A program made the translations under genes and the position numbers. Shown piece by piece: positions 26,784 to 35,635 of a stretch of DNA of 64,000 nt. The notes under the pieces were generated by a model, which did no database searches, was not told the origin of the DNA, and worked only from the letters and a program-made list of their open reading frames with translations. Every line of letters starts with the position of its first letter. Positions within the stretch are counted from its first letter, which is position 1. The DNA comes from an uncultured Planctomycetales bacterium (GTDB lineage Bacteria > 4484-113 > JAFGCY01): contig CAZEJB010000007.1 in the NCBI GenBank assembly GCA_964512635.1, positions 27,148 to 91,147 on the forward strand, read 5' to 3'.

Positions 26784-26913
26784 AGCTGCCTCGGCGGCGA
26801 TGGCCGCAAGGGATATATCGGCCGCTTCTGCCAGGGCGCACAGCGCTCGCCCTGCTATTTCTCGTCAAGCGGCCCGGCGCAATCTGCGCCAGCTACCCTG
26901 CTAAACTTCCAGC

Positions 26914-27348
26914 ATGCAGCATGCCCGCAGTGGAAACCTCGTTGCCGTGCGCCTCAAGGCGCCGGAGCCCGTTCACGAAAGCCTGTGCGAGATTGCCCGG
27001 CATTACGGCTTCAGCAGCGCCTACGTTATCTCCGGGATCGGGATGCTGGCTGACCCGTCGATCGGGTACTACGACCTGCCGACCCAGAAGTATCACGAGG
27101 AGACGATTCCGGGCAATCATGAGCTGCTGAACCTGGCCGGCAACATCAGCCTGCGAGACGGCGAACTCATGGGGCACCTGCATGTGACGCTCAGCCGTGA
27201 GGACCACAGCGCCTTCGGCGGGCATCTCTTTGGCGCCAGGGTTGGCCTGACCTGCGAGGTTATGCTGGCCGTCCTGGACCCGGTGAAGATGTGGCGTCAG
27301 CTTGAGCCGGAATTCGGCCTGCCGGGCCTGATGATCGACCCGGAGTAG
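26914..27348 (+). CDS. PPC/DUF296-domain protein
   Basis: 144 aa. ...GNLVAVRL...HESLCEIARHYGFSSAYVISGIG...GHLHVTLS...GHLFGARVGLTCEV... is typical of the PPC (DUF296) fold. Confidence 0.55.
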   Translation: MQHARSGNLVAVRLKAPEPVHESLCEIARHYGFSSAYVISGIGMLADPSIGYYDLPTQKYHEETIPGNHELLNLAGNISLRDGELMGHLHVTLSREDHSAFGGHLFGARVGLTCEVMLAVLDPVKMWRQLEPEFGLPGLMIDPE

Positions 27349-27392
27349 ACCAGCTGGCGCTGGCCGGCGGACACTGCGGCGCGGCAGAGGTC

Positions 27393-27749
27393 CTAGAGGT
27401 TGACCTCGGCCACGGCCAGAGCCGGCACAGGGGCGCCGGAGTTATAGGCCCGCAGCATCGCACCGGTCTCATGGGTCTTGCGGATCTCGTTGCGCAGCAC
27501 GCTAAGGCGGCGGCGGATGAGCCCCGAGAGGGCTTCATCGGCCTGCAGGATCAGTCCCAGACGCGCAAAGACCGTATTGTCCAGCTGCGGCTCGCGGACG
27601 ACGCGGTTGAGCACCGCGCTCATGCGGGCGCCCTTTTCCGCCAGCAGCTCCTCAAGCCCTTCCAGGCTGTCGTCTTCCACGACCTGGCGAATCCGGCTCT
27701 GGGCCGCTTCAACTCCGCGAAGCTGCAATTCAAGCTGAACGATGTTCAT
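27393..27749 (-). CDS. FliT/FlgN-like flagellar chaperone candidate
   Basis: 118-aa all-helical protein immediately downstream of fliS, which is the fliT position in fliD-S-T operons. Sequence similarity is weak. Confidence 0.35.
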   Translation of the reverse strand: MNIVQLELQLRGVEAAQSRIRQVVEDDSLEGLEELLAEKGARMSAVLNRVVREPQLDNTVFARLGLILQADEALSGLIRRRLSVLRNEIRKTHETGAMLRAYNSGAPVPALAVAEVNL

Positions 27750-27803
27750 GTCCGTCTCCGTGCACCCATGGTGCCAAATGATCTGATACTCCCCAAACAC
27801 GGC

Positions 27804-28457
27804 TTAGCCGGTCAGATCCAGGGCGCCCGCGAGCGCCTCTTCTTCTTCCGCGCCGGCATTAACTCCAGGGCTGTCGATATGACCAGGCTCATCGCCGATG
27901 GCGGCAGCGCCGCCTGGGCTGAGGCTCTCGCGGCGCTTATGGCCGACGCGCCCGCGCAGCTCCTCCGGTACCGAGGCCAGCCCGGCCGGGAAGGCCTCGT
28001 TCCAGGTGCGGGACAGCCCTTCCAGCAGGCCCTGCGCCTCACGCAGCGGCCGCTCGCTCTTGCTCATGTCGGCCTCGCGCAGCAGGTGCAGGATGTAGTC
28101 GTACAGGCGCTCCAGCTGCAGGGCAATTTCGCCGCCGTTCTCGTTGTCGAGAGTCGCCGCAAGCTCGGCGACGATGGCGTAGGCCTTGAGGATGGCGTTA
28201 TGCGCCTCCTCATAGGCCGGGCGGCCCGGCTCGCGCGCTGCACTCAGACGCGCGGCGGCTGCCGCAGCGGCGTTGCCCGAACTGCTGGCGGACTGGCTGC
28301 CGCCAGCGCCGGCCTGCGGGGCCGGCTCGCCGCGCAGCGCCGCCTGCGCCAGCAGGCAGTTGCGCAAGGCGCCGTCATACAAGAGCCCCACCAGCCGCAC
28401 AGGATCGGCCTGATTGACTGCGGTGGAGCGATAGTTCTGATAAGCCTGCATCGACAT
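27804..28457 (-). CDS. fliS: Flagellar export chaperone FliS with a low-complexity insert
   Basis: MSMQAYQNYRSTAVNQADPVRLVGLLYDGALRNC...GGEIALQLERLYDYILHLL.... Canonical FliS N-terminus and helix 3. Confidence 0.8.
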   Translation of the reverse strand: MSMQAYQNYRSTAVNQADPVRLVGLLYDGALRNCLLAQAALRGEPAPQAGAGGSQSASSSGNAAAAAAARLSAAREPGRPAYEEAHNAILKAYAIVAELAATLDNENGGEIALQLERLYDYILHLLREADMSKSERPLREAQGLLEGLSRTWNEAFPAGLASVPEELRGRVGHKRRESLSPGGAAAIGDEPGHIDSPGVNAGAEEEEALAGALDLTG

Positions 28458-28617
28458 GCGTAGAAGCTATATCGGCGGGGGGGCAGTGGGGTTGAGGGAG
28501 AAAGAAGGCGGGCCTGCTGATTCGGCCTGCAAAGCGAAGTAATAGAGTGAGATTAGTGGGGCAACATACGCCGCAGCTACGGAGCATCCTGTCCGCCTGG
28601 TAGAAAACCCTGACCAT

Positions 28618-28649
28618 GGAAAAAGAAAGGGCCGCCCTTGCGGGCGGCC
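28618..28649 (-). terminator. Intrinsic terminator after the scaffold lipoprotein gene
   Basis: On the minus strand: gggccgccc-gcaa-gggcggccc followed by TTTCTTTTTCC. Confidence 0.65.
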
Positions 28650-28703
28650 CTGAGAATCCAAATTCAACGTTGCAGTAAATCACTGCGACGCTGCTGCAGC
28701 GGT

Positions 28704-31151
28704 TTAGAGGTCCGCCAGTCCGGTCAGCTGAGCAATGATCGGGTGAGTACCCTCAGCGTTACCACCGACCCAGCGGCAGTTGCCGTCGCGGTCGAGCAGG
28801 ACGTTGAAGGGGATGTAGCCGTCATAGCCCATCATGCTGTAAGCCGGGTTATGGATGTCCGTACCACCCTTGCTGTGGAACTGGTACACATAGTCCAGGT
28901 TGTTGGTCTGGAAGTAGGGCTTGATGTCCACGATCTCGTAAGGAGCCGGATCGGAGGAATAGGCGAACATCACGTAGTCGGCATCGCCAAAGTGCTCAGC
29001 GATATCATCCAGGCCAGGCAGCTCCGCCTTGCACGGACCGCACCACAGCTCCCAGCGGTTAACGAGGGCCACACGGCCGTTGACCCAGTCCTTAAACTGG
29101 CCAAAGCCGCTGGTGGTGTCAGTAACAGCGCCACCCTGGCTGAGCGGCTGCAGATACTCAAGTCCATCCAGGCTGAAGTCAGGCATGATACCGCTTCCAG
29201 CAGGATCACCAACCGGACGATTGCCCGCGCCGCCGCGATCGGCAAACTCGGTCTTGATGCTCTCGTTGGTCAGGTAGATCTTGGTGGTAGCGCTGTCGTT
29301 CTGCGCGCCGAAGGTCGCGGAAGCGGTGATCGTCACAACCTGGGGCTGCGGGCTGCCGCTGGGCTTCCAGGTCACGCTGGGGCCGCTGCCGGTAAAGGAA
29401 CCGATATTCGGGTTGGCGGACCAGTTAACCGAATCCGGAGTGGTGTTGCAGCTCACCGTCAGGGTCGTGGCAGGCTCGCTGCCGTCAACGTTATGGGTGG
29501 TCTTGGTGTTGGTGATGCCAGTAACGTCAAAGACGATGGCGGCGCTGGGAATGCTGGAAGCGTGAGTCGACTCCAGGCTCTCCAGGCTGCCGGCATTGTT
29601 AAAGGCGGTGACGTAATACTCGTAGGTCTCACCCTCAGTCAAGCCGTCGTTGTCATCGAAGAAATCGATGAAGGCGTTCACTGTCTGGCCAATCTTGGTG
29701 AAGGACGATTCGGCCGGGCCCTTACGATAAACGTAATAGCGGTTGGCCAGACCATCGCTGGTGGTCGTCCAGGTCAGGTGAATGCTCAAGGCTCCGGCGC
29801 CAGGGGCGGCAGCCAGACCGGTGGGAGCGACCGGGAGGATGACCGGCGCGATGTACGGCGTGGCAGTAGCAACATTGCTGTAGACGCTGCTGTTCGCCGG
29901 GTTCTCACGGTCAATCGCCTGCAGACGGAAGTCGTAGTCGGCCTCAACGAAAGCAGGGTTGGTAATGCTGATACTGGTGGTCGGGCCGTCAGCGGTGGTA
30001 CCAAAGACCACGTAGGCGGAATCCGCTTCTGAGCTCAGCTTCCACTCGATGTTGTAGAAGTCAACGTCATTGCTGGTGCTGCCGGTCCAGTTCAGAAGGA
30101 TCGTGCGGTCGCCGATCGCTTCGCTGCCTTCAGCAGTAAGGTTGGTCGGCGGCAGCGGGGCGCCCGGATCAAAGACGATGGCCTCAGCCTCGTTGGACTT
30201 CGGGCCCGGATTGTCCATATCGTCATTGGACACAGGGGCAACCCAGAAGGAGGTCGCGCTGAAGTCCGCCAGATCGATCGGGACGTGGTAGATCATGGGC
30301 TTGTCAGACTCGCGGGTCTGCTCGCTGCGCGGGGCCCAGATGTCGCCACCCTCAGGAGAGCCGGTCTCGCTGGTGAACAGCATGTAACCGGTGATCTTGT
30401 GGCCAAAGTTCACGCCGATGGTGGTCAGGTCCTGTACGTTGATGGTGCCGTCGCCGGAACCGTCAACAATCCGCAGGATCGCCGGGTTGGCACCGGTGGC
30501 GACCTGCTGGCCGAAGCTGACACCGATCGGGGTCAGGTCCTGGGCGGAAACCACGCCGTCGATGTTGTAGTCGCCGGCGTTCTTCTCGGTCCAGGTCAAC
30601 TCATCACTGCCGCCGTTCTGCACCAGTTCCAGGTCGTCCACCGTGTTGGAGGCGCCGGAAGGAGTGGATGAGGCATTGCGCACGCCGCTGAAGGGCGTGT
30701 TGCGGAAGGTGATGGTCGCCAGCTGTCCACGACCGTCGGCAGGCTCAGCGCCCAGGCCATTAGCCTGGACAATGGAGACCGGGACGATGTCGGCCTGGTT
30801 GGTCAGGCTGAAGCTGAGGACCTCGTCCTCGGAGCCCAGGAAGGATCCCATCTCGACCTTCTCAGGGCTGAAGCGGCTGGAGTCATACTTCAGGTTGAAC
30901 GCAACCGCGGACAGATCCAGCGCCTCCGTGGCTTCAATGGTCACCACGGTGGAGCTGCCCGTGTCCTTCACGGTCAGCGCAGGGCTGTAGGAGCCCAGAC
31001 CGGTATCCTCGGTCTGAACCACGAATGCGGCGCCACGATCCTCAAACTCCGGCGCGAGATTGTCGCCGACGTTGGACGTGGAACACGCAAAGGCAAACAG
31101 AGCCAGTACTACGATCAGTACCAGCCCAAGCAGCTTGCGCATAGCCATCAC
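28704..31151 (-). CDS. Multidomain surface lipoprotein: cohesin-like domain, dockerin, two FN3 domains, Ig/PKD-like region and a C-terminal TlpA-like thioredoxin domain
   Basis: Lipoprotein signal (LALFAFACSTSN). The N-terminal beta-sandwich resembles cohesin. The dockerin is a duplicated Ca-binding repeat (DYNIDGVVSAQDLTPIGVSFG ... GDGTINVQDLTTIGVNFG). FN3-like segments are present (...LLNWTGS...YNIEWK...). The C-terminus carries a WCGPC thioredoxin motif (TlpA/ResA-like). Confidence 0.75.
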   Translation of the reverse strand: MMAMRKLLGLVLIVVLALFAFACSTSNVGDNLAPEFEDRGAAFVVQTEDTGLGSYSPALTVKDTGSSTVVTIEATEALDLSAVAFNLKYDSSRFSPEKVEMGSFLGSEDEVLSFSLTNQADIVPVSIVQANGLGAEPADGRGQLATITFRNTPFSGVRNASSTPSGASNTVDDLELVQNGGSDELTWTEKNAGDYNIDGVVSAQDLTPIGVSFGQQVATGANPAILRIVDGSGDGTINVQDLTTIGVNFGHKITGYMLFTSETGSPEGGDIWAPRSEQTRESDKPMIYHVPIDLADFSATSFWVAPVSNDDMDNPGPKSNEAEAIVFDPGAPLPPTNLTAEGSEAIGDRTILLNWTGSTSNDVDFYNIEWKLSSEADSAYVVFGTTADGPTTSISITNPAFVEADYDFRLQAIDRENPANSSVYSNVATATPYIAPVILPVAPTGLAAAPGAGALSIHLTWTTTSDGLANRYYVYRKGPAESSFTKIGQTVNAFIDFFDDNDGLTEGETYEYYVTAFNNAGSLESLESTHASSIPSAAIVFDVTGITNTKTTHNVDGSEPATTLTVSCNTTPDSVNWSANPNIGSFTGSGPSVTWKPSGSPQPQVVTITASATFGAQNDSATTKIYLTNESIKTEFADRGGAGNRPVGDPAGSGIMPDFSLDGLEYLQPLSQGGAVTDTTSGFGQFKDWVNGRVALVNRWELWCGPCKAELPGLDDIAEHFGDADYVMFAYSSDPAPYEIVDIKPYFQTNNLDYVYQFHSKGGTDIHNPAYSMMGYDGYIPFNVLLDRDGNCRWVGGNAEGTHPIIAQLTGLADL

Positions 31152-31322
31152 CTTTTCCTTTGGATTAGAAACGAGACCAAGCTTTAGGCTTGGTCCTAGC
31201 CAATACTAAGGTACCACAAGGCAGTCATACTGACAAGGAATATTGCTTTAATGCAGTACGATTTTTTAGGCGGGTCTTAACTTTCCGTGACTGTTCAGCC
31301 CTTGATTCCGGCAAAAACAGGA

Positions 31323-32981
31323 TCAGAAACGCCGCGTGAAGTCTACCCGCAGGCCCTCGAACTCTGGCTCGAGCCGGCAAACACCTCCAGAGCACACGAA
31401 ACCTGCCCGGCGGCTGCCGGTGATGATATCGATCTCAGTCAGCTCATCGGGATGCAGCTTTAGCTCCCAGAGCTTCCAGGTGGACTTGTCGTCTGGTCCG
31501 CCAGTTCCGGTTTTTTCCCAGCGGTAGATCAGGTTGGCAAGGCTCATGTAGGCGAGCTCAGGCTCAATGATGTAATCTGTGTAACCAATGGAGTAGTTGT
31601 TATCCAGCCGCTCGTTTTCCAGGAACATAGTCCCTGTCCAGTCTTCGTTGAGTATCTGGTTCAGCGTCATGCGGGTGATCTCATGATGCTGATCGAAATC
31701 AAGAACCTGCCAGTATTCGGCGATGTAAGAGAAGTCCTGGCCCCCGGGACTGTTATAGGTGGCAAAAAACTCGGAATAGGGCCGGCCACCAGCGTTGCTG
31801 TTGTCCTGACCGTAGCCAAAGTTGAAGAAGGATCCGTCGCCGATTGGGTTCCAGTTCATCGAGAATCCATAACCAAAATCATCGTTTGGGTCTGCCTGAG
31901 ACTTCTCCTGCCAGCGGCGAACCGGAGGCAGTACTGCGAAGGGCTGAGTCAAACCGCGATATTCCTTGTACTCACCGGTAAGCGCAAGACCCTTAATGCT
32001 GTAGTTGGCAGTCAGGTAGGTCCCATGCCCATCCTGGCCGCTCAAGTCAAACTGGTTGTTAGAGGCAAAATCGATGGCTGAACGCTGAAGGCGAACAGTT
32101 TCGCCATACACCTTGAACTTGCCAAATTTGACCTGGGCATCAAGGCCGGTCAGTTTGTAGTCCAGCATCTGAGGCATTGCAGGACTGTGTGCGCCGAATG
32201 GAATATCGAGGTTCACCAGGTAGGCTTCGACATCGACGTTATCTCCCACCGGACTTTTCATCCTGACTGCATTTACCTTTGATGCAGCCGCTGCAGCGAG
32301 CTCCTTGCGAGAGCCGTAAAGGGCTTCAATCTCCGCATCACCGAGTTTCTGCTCGACCAGAACTCCTTCGACCTCGTTGTCGAACTCCAGGAAGCGCTCC
32401 TCAAACATGTTCAAGGCAAGTCCCCGGCCAAAGACCGTGCCATAACTTCCCACAGTGGCCTTGCCGTCGTCCCAGCGGTAGCGGGCGCGGGCTTTACTGA
32501 TGCGAAAAGGCTCGGTCTTATAGTTGAAAGCGTTGACGTCGGAAAGCCGAATGAAGGCATCATAATTCTCATAGGAGAGGTTCAGCTCGAATTCCTTCTC
32601 CCACTTCTCAGTGTCGCTGATCTCGTCTTTGCTGTATTTTCCGAAGACGCGGCCGCTGTAGCGCACTTCCTCGGGCTTCTCACGGCGCAGGTCGAAATCA
32701 TGTTCCAGGGCTTCAGAAGCGGGGTAAGTGCCCTCATGAACGACCGTCTCGGGGAAGAACTTCTTGATGACGTCTTCTACGGTCTGGGCGGAGGTACCGG
32801 GCTCTGTAACTTCGCGCATGGCGTCGAAGGCCTCGTCAGAGCCGCTGATCACCAGCACCCCGTCTTCGGTATCTTCGGCGGCGAAGGCAGGGCTGAAGTT
32901 TAGTGCGCCAAAGGCCGCGCAGGCCACCAGGGCCGCGCAGGCGCCAAGCCAAATTTTGCTGCAGCCCAGGGGCCGGGCCAT
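31323..32981 (-). CDS. Outer-membrane beta-barrel protein, uncharacterised family
   Basis: Signal peptide (MARPLGCSKIWLGACAALVACAAFGA...AFAAE), alternating amphipathic beta-strand pattern, and a C-terminal aromatic residue (...VDFTRRF). Confidence 0.55.
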   Translation of the reverse strand: MARPLGCSKIWLGACAALVACAAFGALNFSPAFAAEDTEDGVLVISGSDEAFDAMREVTEPGTSAQTVEDVIKKFFPETVVHEGTYPASEALEHDFDLRREKPEEVRYSGRVFGKYSKDEISDTEKWEKEFELNLSYENYDAFIRLSDVNAFNYKTEPFRISKARARYRWDDGKATVGSYGTVFGRGLALNMFEERFLEFDNEVEGVLVEQKLGDAEIEALYGSRKELAAAAASKVNAVRMKSPVGDNVDVEAYLVNLDIPFGAHSPAMPQMLDYKLTGLDAQVKFGKFKVYGETVRLQRSAIDFASNNQFDLSGQDGHGTYLTANYSIKGLALTGEYKEYRGLTQPFAVLPPVRRWQEKSQADPNDDFGYGFSMNWNPIGDGSFFNFGYGQDNSNAGGRPYSEFFATYNSPGGQDFSYIAEYWQVLDFDQHHEITRMTLNQILNEDWTGTMFLENERLDNNYSIGYTDYIIEPELAYMSLANLIYRWEKTGTGGPDDKSTWKLWELKLHPDELTEIDIITGSRRAGFVCSGGVCRLEPEFEGLRVDFTRRF

Positions 32982-33139
32982 CGCAGTCCAGTCCACAGTT
33001 GCTCCATCCCCACCGGGGCCGGGCCCCGCTTGCTTCCATCCTCGTCGCCGCCGGAGCGGCTCTCCGCTTGCCCCTCGGACCTGGCGCCGCGGATCTTGCA
33101 CCAGCCGGGCGGCATCCCGCCGCCGCTTACATCTCTATT

Positions 33140-33682
33140 TTAGCTCTCGCCTTCGATCTCCACGGCCTCAACTTCCTCGCCCGCGAGAAACTTCTCGATG
33201 ACGTCCTTCAGCTCCTCTTCCTGACCAGGCTTGTAGCCATAGTGCTGAAAGAGCAGGTTACGATCCTGGTCGATAACAAAGCTGGCCGGGCTGGCCTTGA
33301 CGCCAAAGTCGCCGCTGACTTCGAGGTCAGTGTCGAGCAGCACGTCGAAGCTGTAGTCGTTGCTCTTGAAGAAGGGCTCGACCTGAGGCAGGGTCAGGCT
33401 GGTGTCACGGCTGATGATCACGAAAACCACGCCGTCATCCTTGTAATCGTCGTAATACTCCTGCAGGTGCGGAAGCAGCTCGTTGCAGGGCTTGCAGCCG
33501 ACCTGCCAGAAATCGATGACCACCAGCTTGTGGTCCTCAAGCAGGCCCTTGAGGCTGACCTCGTCGCCGCTGAGGTTCTCCAGTTCAAAGTTTGACACGC
33601 CGGCTGCATGGGCTGCCAGGGGCAGTGTGAACAGCAGGGGGGCGGCCAGAATGATGGCGGCCAGAGCGATCAGGTGGCGCAT
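33140..33682 (-). CDS. Periplasmic TlpA-like thiol:disulfide oxidoreductase
   Basis: Signal peptide, ...VVIDFWQVGCKPCNELLP... (CxxC), and a thioredoxin-fold C-terminal region. Confidence 0.8.
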   Translation of the reverse strand: MRHLIALAAIILAAPLLFTLPLAAHAAGVSNFELENLSGDEVSLKGLLEDHKLVVIDFWQVGCKPCNELLPHLQEYYDDYKDDGVVFVIISRDTSLTLPQVEPFFKSNDYSFDVLLDTDLEVSGDFGVKASPASFVIDQDRNLLFQHYGYKPGQEEELKDVIEKFLAGEEVEAVEIEGES

Positions 33683-33794
33683 GTGCTTCCTCCGAAGCCA
33701 GGATTTTAGCATTCGCTTTACATGAAACGAGCGCAGGCGAAGGCCACAGACAGGACAGCCTGCAAGCTACGGATGTTCATAGTAGAGTCGAAGC

Positions 33795-33975
33795 CGATGG
33801 CAAATGGCGAATGGCTAATGGCTAATGGCTAATGGAAAGGCAGAAGCGAGTGCTTGTTCAACATCGTGTATGCAGCGTCATGCTATAGTTTAGGCAACAT
33901 GATATAGCACTGTATAAGGTAGGTGCTTTCTTTCTTTTCCTTTATTCTCGCCATTCGCCATTAACCATTAGCCAT
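33795..33975. repeat. AT-rich mini-element flanked by inverted repeats rich in CTAATGG heptamers
   Basis: The left arm is gatggcaaatggcgaatggctaatggctaatggctaatgg (33795-33834). The right arm is ccattcgccattaaccattagccatc (33950-33975). The core of about 115 bp is much lower in GC than its flanks. Confidence 0.5.
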
Positions 33976-34618
33976 CTTTTGCCTGGAGCCTGCCACCTAT
34001 GATCTCCGGCGCGAGGCTGCCGAGGCTGAGCACAATCTTGGTCATCTCCTCGACGCTGAGGTTGATGTCTTCCAGGTCTGCCTCCGGGATTAGCAGGTTC
34101 TGGCCGGTAGCCGGGACAGGCGTCGCTGGAAGGAACACCATGTAGTAGGGGCCGTCGGCCAGCTGCACCGGATCCGGCGAACTGAGGATACCGAGGCAGC
34201 GGGCGTTGGCCACCCGCACCAACACGACATTGCCCAGCGCGGCCGCCTGCTGGCCTTCCTTACGCGACAGCAGTCCGATGACCTGCTCGGCGGAAGTGTA
34301 GACCTTATTGATCAGCGGCACGCGCGCGACCATGCTGGTGATGAACGCGCCCACACGTTTGCCGGTGATGCGCCGCGCAAGGTAACCGACGGCGCAGATC
34401 AGGATTATCGCGGCGGCGACAGTGATTGCGTAGTTAAGCGTCGGCGGGATGCCCCAGGCCTCGGAGAGCGCGTGCAACCCGCGGCCGAGCAGGGATTCCT
34501 CGCCAAACCAGTCGTTGAGCTTGCCCACCACAAAGCCGACCACGGCGATGGTGATCAGGAGCGGCAGTATCGCCAGCACGCCGGCGATGAAGGTGGCGCT
34601 GAAACGGCGCAGGAGCAT
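33968..34618 (-). CDS. DUF502-family membrane protein
   Basis: MLLRRFSATFIAGVLAILPLLITIAVVGFVV.... Two N-terminal TM helices followed by a conserved domain typical of DUF502. Confidence 0.55.
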   Translation of the reverse strand: MLLRRFSATFIAGVLAILPLLITIAVVGFVVGKLNDWFGEESLLGRGLHALSEAWGIPPTLNYAITVAAAIILICAVGYLARRITGKRVGAFITSMVARVPLINKVYTSAEQVIGLLSRKEGQQAAALGNVVLVRVANARCLGILSSPDPVQLADGPYYMVFLPATPVPATGQNLLIPEADLEDINLSVEEMTKIVLSLGSLAPEIIGGRLQAKDG

Positions 34619-34669
34619 GAGGTGGCCTCCGGTGCGGGCTGAAACCCGCGCTATATTCAAGCAGCAGGT

Positions 34670-35614
34670 ATGGAGAGCTTCACCCTACAGCACGATGGCC
34701 GAGCACAACTCAGGTTCCCCGCGGGGTTTCCGGAGGAGCTGAAGGCGCTCGCCGAAGATCCATCAGTTGCATTTGCGAAATATCCTTATCATTTACGGCT
34801 TTTTGGACGAATACCTGTCTACACCATAGAGCATGCTCGTGAAGTTCTTCGCACGCTGCTGGAAAAGTGCCCCCTAGTCGGGCAAACACTTTACTGTGTC
34901 AACTGCCTGACGCTACCTTCACGCGGCCTGTACCTTGAGTTCGAGCCGCTGGCCGAACTGCCCAACGCATCGCAGGATTTTCATTTGCAAGAAGATGACG
35001 AGTTTGCGCGAAGCACAGTGCAGGACGGCATCAACGTGCTCGCAACTCAGGATGGCAAGGCGCGCGATCTTGACGAGCCGTGGGAGCACGCGGTGGTTGG
35101 AAGCGCACTGTTCCATTTATGTCTTCTGCCTACATTTTTGACCGGCCCGTCTGAGTTTGAAGGCGTGAGATTACTGACAAATGAACAAGCCATTGAGGAG
35201 CTGTTGCGGATTCAACTTGCCAAGGAGGAGGACTGGTTGTGTTCATACCAGCGGTTCTGGGTCTCAAAGAAATCAAAGAAGGTCGTGCGCTGGGAATGGA
35301 GCGCGATTGGTGACTATCATGCGATGGCACTTCCATTTGCGGAGGCTGCCCACTACTCTATCCAGCAGGGAATCGACGCACTGAGAATACATGCCGCGGG
35401 GCAACCCGAAGATCAGATCAGCTACTATTTGCTAGACGTTCAACATGAGTCCTGGCGTAGCGTAGAGTCCGAGTTGGTGCTCAGGTGCATCGAGTCTGAG
35501 ACTCGCTCGGAGCGACGTTCGCAACAAGCATCGCATTTCTTTGCTTGGGCAATTCTTGGACTCTTGCTGCTTGGTCTTTACAAATTGGTTACTTGGATCT
35601 GGTCACTGTTCTAG
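34670..35614 (+). CDS. Hypothetical protein with a C-terminal TM helix, in a low-GC region
   Basis: 314 aa, no recognisable family. Codon usage and GC are visibly different from neighbouring genes. Confidence 0.4.
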   Translation: MESFTLQHDGRAQLRFPAGFPEELKALAEDPSVAFAKYPYHLRLFGRIPVYTIEHAREVLRTLLEKCPLVGQTLYCVNCLTLPSRGLYLEFEPLAELPNASQDFHLQEDDEFARSTVQDGINVLATQDGKARDLDEPWEHAVVGSALFHLCLLPTFLTGPSEFEGVRLLTNEQAIEELLRIQLAKEEDWLCSYQRFWVSKKSKKVVRWEWSAIGDYHAMALPFAEAAHYSIQQGIDALRIHAAGQPEDQISYYLLDVQHESWRSVESELVLRCIESETRSERRSQQASHFFAWAILGLLLLGLYKLVTWIWSLF

Positions 35615-35635
35615 TCATGGTCATACAATTGAGTC

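Noticed and set aside
28465-28480. GCCGATAT on the minus strand, resembling the sigma28 -10 consensus, upstream of fliS
   Set aside because: It lies only about 13 nt from the fliS ATG with no TAAA -35 element at the right spacing. It cannot be a promoter in that position.
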